DNA of 64,000 nucleotides from Podospora anserina (Eukaryota): positions 1,798,001 through 1,862,000 of the forward strand of contig CM030335.1 in assembly GCA_017654855.1 (NCBI GenBank), given 5' to 3'. The stretch's first letter is position 1. Each line of letters starts with the position of its first letter. The translations under genes and the position numbers were made by a program. This document shows, piece after piece, positions 50,132-60,590 of the stretch. Under the pieces are notes generated by a model. That model was not told where the DNA came from. It did not search any database and was given only the letters and a program-made list of their open reading frames with translations.

Positions 50132-50980
50132 ATGGCGGTTCCACCAACACCGGCAGCCACAACCGACGCAACATCAAGGCAATTTCTCACCAACGTAGAG
50201 GTACCAGACTGGTACACCAACTCCTTCATTTTCAGCGCCCACCGCTCCGTCACTCATTCCGTCAAGTTCAGTCATTTGCTTCACAATCTCTTCTCTGTAC
50301 CACACTTTGCTCTGCCACTCGCGTTCTTACCACGATCTATGGTACGTATAGACTACCTCGCCATTCTTGTCCAAGTTCTGGGGTCGTTTGTGTCGGGTAT
50401 TTATCTGGGGTATTATTGTGAGGCAAGGCTGCAGACGGTCTATTGGTCAATGGTATGAGTTCCCTCTTCACGCATCGGAGGGCTGAGGCTGATTACCCTG
50501 GCCCACAACAGATTGCCGGTTTATCGGTTGTCACAGGATTCATCGTGGTGAATCCGTATCTTCAGTCACCGAGATATCGGATTTTGAGAACCATGAGCTT
50601 CGTAGTGACTGGTTTCTCAGCCCTTGCTCCAATAACTCACGCTGCTGTCATCTTCCCATATCACCAACTTGATAAGCAGGCTGGGTTGAGACACTACTAC
50701 ATCGAGGAAGGTATCGTCCTGATCGGCGTTGTGTTCTACATCGTAGGTTGCCCCTGTGTAACAGGCGAGCCGACGAGTTACTCACCATCACGTGTTTCTA
50801 GACCCGTTTCCCAGAAAGATGGAAGCCCGGAGTATTTGATTTCTAGGGGGCATCGCATCAGATATTCCATATTTTGATTGTCCTCTCCGCTGCGGCGGTG
50901 CATTTATATGGAATTAGGAGCGCGTTTAGATGGAATTATGAGAACCCCCAGATGCCCAGCAGAAACTTCACTGTAGCGTA
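50132..50980 (+). pseudogene. PAQR/IZH (haemolysin-III family) pseudogene
   Basis: VPDWY, RIDYLAI...GSFVSGIY.GYYCE, RFPERWKPGVFDF*GASHQIFH (in-frame TAG); the HNE..N..H segment and first TMs are missing. Confidence 0.75.
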
Positions 50981-51954
50981 GAAGGTAACACTAAGTAGTT
51001 AAGGTACCTATAATCCCAGCATTTCTCAAACACCATCCAAGCATTGTATGGACACTAAATGGACATGATATCAGCATTAAATGTCGCAATCCCAGCCTTG
51101 AATGTTACAATCCAAGCATTTAGCAATTTTAATCCCAGCATCAACGTTATATAACATATCTAGCAGCTATCTTTTTAGGCCCTAATGATAGTAAACATTA
51201 CCTCTTGACTATCACCTTATAGCACATTGCTACTATCTTCCAAAGCACCGAGGATATCAAATATGCCTCTCGGTCTTCCTAGTAGGTATCCTGCTATCCA
51301 TAAAGGGTTAAACATCATGAGCACAACTCTCTACCGCTTCCAGAGGTATCCTTATTTTCTGCCAAGTCCTTAAAATAATAAGCATACCTCTCGATCCTTT
51401 AAAACAATATCTCCCGCAGTTTTGCAGGCATCGAAGAATAACGAACACTCCTCTCGACAATGTTGAGAATGCCTCTGCAATCTTCACATGCTGTCTGAGA
51501 AAATGAACACGCCCCTGACTGACTGGACAGACAGGCATTCTGCTATGGTAAGAGGCCTTTTTACCTAGTGACATGGCACATTGTGGTATGCTTCTGCTCA
51601 AGTTTCATATACTATGTTAGTTGCGTTATCAGGATTAGTCGGCACCTCTCTTATGATTTTTGGTAAGTTATCAGGAAGCATTCATAGCTCCACAGCTGAG
51701 GCTGCTCCAACATGCATCCTTAGAAAGTAATGCATATAGTAAACGCATGAAACCTTTAAATGCGAACGCATCTCACCATGTAGATGTACCGTCGTACCCC
51801 CACCTCTGTTACCTCGCCCTACGTTACCCCACCTACCATGACCAAGCTCCCCTCCACTCTCCAACTTTACACATCTCACAAACAATCTCTCTTCAACATT
51901 ATCCTCAACACCCCCTTCGTATTCCTACGCATCACAGTCTTTTCTCATTTCACC

Positions 51955-53412
51955 ATGGACGAAAGAGCCTCCCTCCCCGTCTCCCTCCCAGTCCCCAACC
52001 CAACCACCTCCTACTGGCACACCCTAACCCCACCTCCCCTCACCCTATCACCCACCCACCGCTCAACCCCAGATCTCCCGTCTCGATGCGACACAATAAT
52101 CATCGGCTCAGGCATCTCAGGCGCAGCAATAGCTTACAACCTTCTCCAATCCCATAATACTACAACAACAACAACAACAACAACCTCCCCACCAAATATC
52201 CTCCTCCTCGAAGCCCGCACCCTCTGCTCCGGCGCCACAGGCCGAAACGGAGGACACACCAAAGCAGCCTCCTACCGCACCTTCCTCTCCCACATCTCCT
52301 CCCTCGGTCTAGACCAAGCGATCAAAATCGCGAGGTTAGAGCACAATAACATCAAGGCAGTGCATTCATTCGCCAAGACCAACAATATCCAATGTGATCT
52401 GTTTGAAGGGGATACAACAGACGTCATCTACGACGCGGCGCAATGGGACGAGGCAAAAGAAGCGGTGCACAAAATGAGGGAGGTTTTCCCTGGGGATGAT
52501 CCAGTGGGACGGTATATTTTGCTAGGGAAGGAGGAGTTGGAAAGGGACTACTTTGTTCACGATTATGATTATGAGGGGAAAAGAGAGGAGGTGAGAGGGG
52601 GGGTGAGGTATGCGGCCGGGGGGTTGTCGGCGTATAAGTTTGTTATGGGGTTGTTGAGGTCAATGGAGGGGAAGGGGTTGAATGTTCAGGCCGAGACGGG
52701 GGTTAGCGAGGTAAAGAGGGATGGGGAAGGGGGCGGATGGGTGGTGAAGACGGGGAGGGGGGAGGTGAGGGCGGGGAGGGTGGTGATGGCTACGAATGGG
52801 TATGCTGCGGGGGTGATGCCGGAGGTGTTTCAGGGGGTGGTTGTGCCGTTGAGGGGGCAGATCACGGCGCACAGACCTGGGAGTAAGATGGCGAAGAAGG
52901 GGTGTTTGGACACGACGTACAGTTTTATTTATGAGGGGGGGTATGAGTACATGATTACGAGGCCGGAGGGGAGTGAGCTGGAAGGGGATGTCATCATGGG
53001 AGGGGGGTTGGTGAGGGGGGAGGCGGAGGAGGGGTTGAGGGAGTTTGGGGTGAGTGATGATTCGGGGTTGAATCAGGGGATAAGTGAGTATTTGAGAGAG
53101 ACGACAGCGAGGTATTTTGGGAGGGATTGGGGGGATGATGATGCTGAGGGTCGGATAAGACAGGAGTGGACTGGGATTATGGGGTTCAGCCCGGATGGGT
53201 TTCCGTTTGTAGGGGAGGTTCCGAACCAGAAAGGGCTATGGGTGAGCACCAGTTTTCAGGGACATGGGATGGTGCTGTGCTGGATGTGTGCGGATGCTTT
53301 GGTGAAGATGATGAGAGGGACGGAGGAGGAGGAGCTGAAAAAGTGGTTTCCGGACATCTTTAGGATTACGGAGGAAAGGCTGAAGAAGAGGTTCAAGGGG
53401 AGGCTGAGTTGA
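51955..53412 (+). CDS. FAD-dependent oxidoreductase (DAO/PuuB-like)
   Basis: IIGSGISG, LLEARTLCSGATGRNGGH, VVMATNGY, WTGIMGFSPDGFPFVG, FQGHGM. Confidence 0.92.
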   Translation: MDERASLPVSLPVPNPTTSYWHTLTPPPLTLSPTHRSTPDLPSRCDTIIIGSGISGAAIAYNLLQSHNTTTTTTTTTSPPNILLLEARTLCSGATGRNGGHTKAASYRTFLSHISSLGLDQAIKIARLEHNNIKAVHSFAKTNNIQCDLFEGDTTDVIYDAAQWDEAKEAVHKMREVFPGDDPVGRYILLGKEELERDYFVHDYDYEGKREEVRGGVRYAAGGLSAYKFVMGLLRSMEGKGLNVQAETGVSEVKRDGEGGGWVVKTGRGEVRAGRVVMATNGYAAGVMPEVFQGVVVPLRGQITAHRPGSKMAKKGCLDTTYSFIYEGGYEYMITRPEGSELEGDVIMGGGLVRGEAEEGLREFGVSDDSGLNQGISEYLRETTARYFGRDWGDDDAEGRIRQEWTGIMGFSPDGFPFVGEVPNQKGLWVSTSFQGHGMVLCWMCADALVKMMRGTEEEELKKWFPDIFRITEERLKKRFKGRLS

Positions 53413-54382
53413 GTGATCATAGATGGCCACTTCACTTCAGGCAGATACATCATGGTGTGAATTGGAATCGGCATCTATGAAGAGGGTCTAATTATGTATC
53501 GTCCGAGATTGGAGCGCTTGGGTTGCACGAGATCTATGCTTTATCCATGGAGATAACGCGGAAATATAAGATTGGCGATGATCATTGCCTGCCCCCATTG
53601 GGCCAACCCCACTCGATCTTGGCTGCCCCATTGAGCATTTGCCCTCACATCGAGTTTGCTGTTGACTGCTGTGGGATAGAAATAAATCGCTAGTTTTCCC
53701 CGTTTCCCGCCGTTCTGTCCTCGACTGTTCTCGATGATGATATGCATCGCTCCAGGCGCCCGGGTCCGGCACACACAGGGATGATGCGCCGGGATTCCCG
53801 CAGCCGGGAGCCGAGCATGTGGACCTGGGTTCATCTCGGGCTGGGCTGCCCCACTCTCTTCAAGCGGCACTACCCTTGCCAAGACAACAAGCACTCAACC
53901 AAACTACTGGGACAGAGGGGGAAACTCACCGCCATCCGTTGCCATCTGACCTTTTGACCTGCTGCCTGCTTTGTCAAGGGCACAGGGCAGGCACTGGTCC
54001 ATCTTCACCGGGACATCACCTCCGACTGACCTCACCATTCATTTCCGAAAAGTGCATAGCCTGGGCTGCTATTAAATGCCATGCCAAGGACCCCCTGGTG
54101 GCCAATATGTACCGCTCCACTCCCGCTTTGGGACCAGCTCACACCCTGACCCCATCGCGGCTGCAACATTGCACCAGAGGTCTGGTAAAAGAAAGAGGAA
54201 CCGCCCCCCCCTACCCCTACCCCGGCCATCTGATTTTCTAGGTTTTTTTTTCGAGCTTACCACTCTCTCGGGTTCGTCCCTTACCGAGTATTTCGATCTA
54301 GCCTATCCCCTGACTTCATCCCCCTCTCTTACACTCACGAATTGGCTTCCCCCACCACACACGCATCATCTGTCACCACCAC

Positions 54383-56242
54383 CATGACGGGTGCCATACC
54401 CAAACCCGACGTCGCCATGTCACCAACAACGCCAAAGACAAAAACAAAACCATTATCACCAGTACAGCCAAACCGAAGCCCCCCTCCCTTCAGGCCCTCC
54501 ACATCATCAAAAATGACAATCGAAACACTCCTCTCGCAAGATGAAGACGAGCTGTTGGCGGCGGTATGCACCGACTCAACAACAGGATTCTCGCTACTAG
54601 CAGCAGCGACATTGGAAAAAGGAAAAGCGAGGGCGGCGACGACGACGACGACAACATCAAACGACTCAGCCCCATCATCCCAAATCAGCCCACGAGGCAG
54701 CCTCATTGAAAGCCCGACTGACTCGGCCGCCAACCTGGCGATAGAGGATATCGACAGCGTCAATTCGGATAGCTACCCGGCTTCGATGACGAGCTCGATC
54801 AAGGCTCATGTGTATGAGGGGGGGTTGAGATATCACGCGTACAAGAGCGGGAAGTACGCTTTTCCGAATGATGAGATTGAGCAGAACCGGGATGATATGA
54901 AGCACTCGATGAGTTTGTTGTTGATGCAGGGCGAGTTTTTTTATGCGCCGGTTAAGGAGAGGTTGGAGGAGGGGGCCGAGGTGTTGGATCTGGGTGAGTT
55001 TTTTTTCGTTTCGGGAATCAATTCATGTACGGCATGACCTCGGTCGAAATGGCAAAGGCAGGCAGGCTGGAGGGATGCAAAGGGGAGAGTTATGCTCCAG
55101 GAAGTCAGCGGTTGCTTCAACAAGGAAGCAAAATCAGACAATTCGTGGCCAGCCAGCTCCAGATTCATGTCGTCCATTCATGATGCCCGCTGTGGGCAGT
55201 CAAGCAACCGAGCTTTCCTGTCCGTCGTTGCGACCAGTCATGTTTCACGAAAACAAAGAAAAAAGAAAATCTCGAAGCTGACCAAGCTGTGTGTTACGGC
55301 AGGTACCGGAACGGGCATATGGGCAATAGAAGGTAAGTGGCTCAAAAAGTTTCCTTTGATTCATTGGTGCGGAGACTTGCAGGAACGGTAGTCGTCGATG
55401 AGTGCACACTGCAGAAGCATACTCACATGACAAGGGCAACCGCATCAATCACTTCCGAAAACACTGCTGACAACTGACTTTCTCTAGTCGGCGACAAATA
55501 CCCAAACACCACAGTCACCGGCATCGACCTCTCCCCCATCCAGCCAAACTACGTCCCCGAGAACGTCCACTTCTTCGTCGACGACTTTGACGAAGAATGG
55601 GTCGACCCGGACGACAAGTATGACTTTATCCACATCCGAAATGTGATGCACTCCGTGACGGATACAAAAGCGCTGCTTTCGCGGGTGATGCGGTAAGCTT
55701 GGATCCCCCCCTCCCACCTTCCACCATCTATCTGCATCTAACCCACCCCTGCTAGCCACCTCAAACCAGGAGGCTACATCGAAATCCAAGACCTAGACAT
55801 CACCCCCCTCTCCGACGACGACACCCTCACCCCCACGACCCCCTACGCCCTACGGGATTTTCTAAAATACATGGCCGCCGGGCTCGCAGCCCTGGGCTCG
55901 CACATGCACGCCGTCCACAAACTACCCGATGAGCTCGAAGCGGCTGGCTTCGAAGACATCAAGAAATCCAAACACAAAGCGCCCATAGGGATGTGGCCCA
56001 AGGACAAGAGGTTACGACTTTGCGGGTTGTTTTTGAGGACGGCGATGATGGACGGGCTGAGGGGTGTGAGCCAGAGGCCGATGGCGGCGTTGGGGTGGAC
56101 GCCGCTGCAGATCGAGATGGTGTTGGTCAATGTGAGGAAGGCGTTGATGGATCCAAAGGTGCATGCGTATTTTACTTTTCATGTCATCTATGCTAGGAAA
56201 CCGCTGCAGGCAGGAGGGGGTCCTGGGTCTGATGAACCATGA
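54383..56242 (+). CDS. LaeA-like (Methyltransf_23) SAM-dependent methyltransferase, 3 introns
   Basis: YEGGLRYHAYKSGKYAFPNDEIEQNR, VLDL|GTGTGIWAIE|, GIDLSPIQP, DFIHIR, |HLKPGGYIEIQD, PIGMWPKD. Confidence 0.92.
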
Positions 56243-56405
56243 CGACGTGAGGGGCCTATCCATCTGGAAATGAAATACGGCAAGCGCCACCGGAGGAACT
56301 GTGTAAATAGGTGATGAAATCAAAGTATATTATTCATCATGCTGATTACATTACACACACCAACACTCTCTGCCCAACCGAACACGGAGACAGTGAACTG
56401 AAGCC

Positions 56406-57335
56406 TCAGTATCTACGAATCGCGGACTCGCCCCAGGAAACAGGAAGGTGTTCACTCTTATAAGAACTAGAGCACGGTCTTGCCTCATCCGCTTGGGCTG
56501 GGACTCCTACCAGCGGGAACTCGTCCACCATCGACCTTCCCATCTCGCACTCTGCGCAAAGGCGGTATGCTGATGGTTGCCGTACAAAGACATGCTGAAT
56601 GTACTGGCCACATTCACAGCAGTGTTCACTCAGGGCCGGTGGTGTTGTTGCTTCTCCAGATTCTGCTGTGTTTGATAATGCGGGCGTGGGTGTGGGGAAG
56701 AAAGCTGCTTCCCAGTCTGATGATGATGCAGGGGTTCGCACCCCGTTTGAATACGATGAGGCAGGTGTTGGCAACCCTGCGGAAGATAGGGGCGAGGAGG
56801 CAGCATCGGTTCGGGGCATGGTATTGGTTTGGGAGTTGGCATTACTAAGTTGGGAGCTGTCGTTGGCTTCGGAGGTGCTATCACCACCACACATGGGGGC
56901 ATTCATGCCGTTGCTTGTCCCGCTTCGAAGACCAAAGGTTTTGGCCATGACTTCCACCGCGGATTTCGACACAACCACAATGTCGCCATCGTCGGGCGGA
57001 ATGCAGATGGATAACTCTGGGGATGGCAAGGCAATGGTGAAGAAAGACTCGTGTGGTGATGATGACGAACTGCTTTTCCCCAGGTCATCTCGCAAATCTG
57101 CAAGCCGCTTTTCTAGGCAGTTGATGTACTGCTGGTTTTGGCGATTCTGGGCTTTGAGAGCGTCGATGGTTGTTTTGTTGGAATTGACTTGTGCTTCAAG
57201 AATGCGGATGCGGTTCAACGCCGTTGTGAGGGGGGCGCGAGAGAAGGGGCTTGAGGAGGGGAATGTTTGGGGGACTGGTGGGTATGGCGGTGGTGATCGT
57301 ACCGCTGGTGTAGATTTGCGATTGGAAGTTGCCAT
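56406..57335 (-). CDS. Orphan protein A: coiled coil, shared motif, Ser-rich region, CxxC-x16-CxxC
   Basis: Intact ~309-aa ORF; motif FFTIALPSPELSICIPPDDGDIVVVSKSAVEVMAKTFGL. Confidence 0.65.
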   Translation of the reverse strand: MATSNRKSTPAVRSPPPYPPVPQTFPSSSPFSRAPLTTALNRIRILEAQVNSNKTTIDALKAQNRQNQQYINCLEKRLADLRDDLGKSSSSSSPHESFFTIALPSPELSICIPPDDGDIVVVSKSAVEVMAKTFGLRSGTSNGMNAPMCGGDSTSEANDSSQLSNANSQTNTMPRTDAASSPLSSAGLPTPASSYSNGVRTPASSSDWEAAFFPTPTPALSNTAESGEATTPPALSEHCCECGQYIQHVFVRQPSAYRLCAECEMGRSMVDEFPLVGVPAQADEARPCSSSYKSEHLPVSWGESAIRRY

Positions 57336-58719
57336 GACGCCTGGTGCCAATGGTAGGTTGAGGAGAGTGGGATTGGGAAAGTTTTCCTGAATGGAGTGTT
57401 GAGTTTTGAGTGAAAAATCAGTGCCTGCGTTTTGTCTTGGATAGGTATAGCATATGGTCAGCGAGAGCTACGTCATAGTGATTGATCTAGATCGGTATAC
57501 TTGAAACTTTGCATACAGCGTTTGTTGCTTGATTAAGGGAACGTGCATAGGTAGGTAGGTACCTTACTCTTTTCACATGCATGTTTCAAGTCCATGATCA
57601 CCAACTACTGGCTGGCTCTTGGGATTGTTTTTTTGACATCGTTTCACTGTGACATCAAACACTCAATGGTATTTAAAAATGCAAAAATGGCACACAACAT
57701 CCACCATTCAGCAGCGAATAATAGTCATCCAGCCGGAGGTCACAGCATAACATCGCACCAGAGCTCACAACACGGCAACCAAACGATCATTATAGGCCAG
57801 CGTCAACCTCATTATCCCATTGCATCTCGAAGACGATGTAACTGACCCTGAACCACCCATCCACATCATCTCCCAAGCCCTGATGTCGCCTTTTCGGAAG
57901 ATCCAGGAGGGCTCGGTATTTGTGATTTCAGGGACGGAGTTGATGGGAATGAGATGGAAGTACCCCCTCCTCTTGCTCCTCCCAGTCGTAGCCGATCGCA
58001 ACCCGGGTGCGGAGTTTTTATATCTTTGCGGTCCACCGATTTTCGAGAGGGTGCAGAAGGTCCCAAAAAGAGGCTGGAGATAAGGCGGATGGCATTCATG
58101 CTGGGTCGGTTGGATGAAAGGCGAGGTTTGAAAAAATTCTGTTGAGGTTTGGAGTTTGGATTGGAATGCAGGTTGTCGGGGAGACTGCAGACGCTCCAAT
58201 GCACTGAGGAAGATTGAGGGTAAGGTTTCGTATATGCAGGGCAAATCGAGAGAAGAAGATGTCGTTGGAGCAGGAACTCGATGAAAGCGAGGGAATGGCA
58301 AAACAAGATGACACTAGTAGTAGATTCCCGATGGAATATTCGGCCTTTGGAAGATGTGCCTGAAGAGTCGGTTGTGAGGTTGAAGTGAACGGTGGATGTG
58401 GAATCTAAGTCGGGAAGGCAATTAGGGGAGAGCTTAGACATGTGGTGGAGAAATACCAGTTACTTACACAAGGTGTGAAGATAGTCAAAGAAGAGATTAA
58501 GGCAATGAAGGAATGTAAATAGCAAAATAGCGTCGAGAAACTGCAGTTGCGGGCATCCATGAGGTACGGAAATCAAAGCATGTAGTTGGGTAGGTGTCAA
58601 AGAGTTCCCATTAGCTCTTGTGAAATTATCAACAAATGTCAGACGTCTTTCTGAAGGAACACAACCATAAAGAACCACCGTATATCCCCCTGTGGAAGAT
58701 TATCTCCGCGCTCTACCAA

Positions 58720-59289
58720 TCAACACCCCCACTCCCATCCACCGGGCGGCCTTCTCCGTTTGCCAAAATCCCGAAACTCCCTCTGTCCAGGCCACGGCTC
58801 GAGCTGTCCCAACAACCGTCTCCAGTCCGCCATGACAGAGCTGCTCGATGGGACCTCTCTTGGTGTGACAGAGGGGCTGTCAATTCCACCACGGGCGCTA
58901 TCCCTGGTTGAATACTTGTCAGGAGATTTTGAGCGCACAAAGCCTTTTCTTGTGTCCGGAGCGAAGTCCACATCTAGGGCTTTTCCAATCGCCACGATGT
59001 CGGCTCCAGAAAACGTAACTATGGTGCGGTCTGGAATGATCGTGGAGGATCCGGACACTTTCAGCCGCTCCCCAGTCAGGCGCTCTTCGATATCTTTGAG
59101 GATAATAACCTCGGCCTCGGTGCCAATAGGATCAGAGAGGATCGGCTGTAGGTAGTAGGAGGTGTGGCCGGTATTGCAGTCGAAAGAGCTGTAAATTCGA
59201 GCTTTAAGCTCGAAGTTTCCGAATGGGCTGGGGTTGCGATTGGGCATTCTGTCGTAGCGGAGCATGCTGCCGTCTTGCTTTCGAGACAT
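58720..59289 (-). CDS. Orphan protein B, possible distant paralogue of A and C
   Basis: ~189-aa ORF from MSRKQ; segment LKVSGSSTIIPDRTIVTFSGADIVAIGKALDV. Confidence 0.5.
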   Translation of the reverse strand: MSRKQDGSMLRYDRMPNRNPSPFGNFELKARIYSSFDCNTGHTSYYLQPILSDPIGTEAEVIILKDIEERLTGERLKVSGSSTIIPDRTIVTFSGADIVAIGKALDVDFAPDTRKGFVRSKSPDKYSTRDSARGGIDSPSVTPREVPSSSSVMADWRRLLGQLEPWPGQREFRDFGKRRRPPGGWEWGC

Positions 59290-59729
59290 GTGGGAAAATA
59301 AGTTGAGGTAGGATGGCTTGACTTCTGCTGGTAACAAAGGTTGGCATGTTGGTTGGTCACACAACTCGGGTTCTCTTTTTTGACGGGAATGAGTTGGCCA
59401 CTTACCGATATGATCTCGAGTTATAAGAGAAAGACTGATAACTTTTAGCTTGTACCAACGGGAAGCGTGATGCTGGTGAGCTGAAGAATTGAAAGCCGAG
59501 CCAAGGGGAAGAATAGTTGTAGTGAGAAATCGGTGGGTGGTGCTAGTCGCCCACGACAGAGTGAATCTCGCGATAAGAGAAAGTCTTTGGATGACAGAAA
59601 TAGCAGGAAGCCACACAAAGCCAAAGCAAAGGTTTTCCTCATATTACAGTCAGATAAATCCACTAAATATATAGCCAACGCAGTTCCCTTCCCTCCGCCT
59701 TCCTGACGTAGAAATTAGGGTACACCTCA

Positions 59730-60590
59730 CTAGGTAGCTGCCCCCTCGAACCCCCCTCCCCATCCTACTTCCATCCCAAAAGCCCCCCTCAAAACCTCCA
59801 CCACCCCCTTATCAACAACCACCACCCCCCCCTCCTCCGGTTCAATCTCCACCGTCCCCCCAGATCCAACCCTCGGCAAAAAAACCCTCAACTTCCCCCC
59901 CTTTCTCCCCCCCGCCCTCAACTCCCTAACCTCGGCCTCCAACTCCCCTATCCGTCTCCGATCCCTCATATACTGCCCCTCCAACTCCTTAATCCACTTC
60001 CAATCCCCCTCCCTTTCCTTCTTCTCCTCCCTAATCCCTTCCTCCAGCTCCTCAATCCTTTTCCCATCCCGATCGCGCTGCTCCCTTAACTGCGTGATCA
60101 ACTCTCCATTTCTCACCGCCAACTCCCCCATCCGTCTCTGGTCCGTCTGTCTCTGCTCCTCCAAGACAGTCATCTGAATACGCTGCTCACGGTGGCAGCG
60201 GATGTGCTCGATAAGCTGGTCGTCGGCCTCCTCCACTTTTGCCAGGAAGGCTTCCCACAGCAGTTCCTCTGTCGGGGTGGACCCTGGTGGCGGGGGGAGG
60301 GAGTAAGTCCTGCGGGTGTTGTCTTTGTCGTCGTCGTCGTGGTGGAGGTCGCCTTCGTTGTAGAAATCGATTAGACACTCAAACGCTTCTCGTCGGCTTT
60401 GAGTGTCGCTTTGTTCATTGTTCGGGCCGTGAACGAGATTTTTATCGTCGGGCGGTGTTGTGTCTTGAAGGTTGTCGGTCGTTGAAGATGCAGCTGTAGT
60501 CGCTTTTGTTGTGGTTGTTGGGTCGTGGTTCTCAAGCTCGGGGCTCAACTTCCTCTTCTTGGAAGGGGGTTGTTCTGCCGAGGAGGGCAT
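59730..60590 (-). CDS. Orphan protein C: NLS-like start, long coiled coil, shared motif
   Basis: PPSKKRKL; RRxxELExx heptads; LRVFLPRVGSGGTVEIEPEEGGVVVVDKGVVEVLRGAFGM. Confidence 0.65.
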   Translation of the reverse strand: MPSSAEQPPSKKRKLSPELENHDPTTTTKATTAASSTTDNLQDTTPPDDKNLVHGPNNEQSDTQSRREAFECLIDFYNEGDLHHDDDDKDNTRRTYSLPPPPGSTPTEELLWEAFLAKVEEADDQLIEHIRCHREQRIQMTVLEEQRQTDQRRMGELAVRNGELITQLREQRDRDGKRIEELEEGIREEKKEREGDWKWIKELEGQYMRDRRRIGELEAEVRELRAGGRKGGKLRVFLPRVGSGGTVEIEPEEGGVVVVDKGVVEVLRGAFGMEVGWGGGFEGAAT

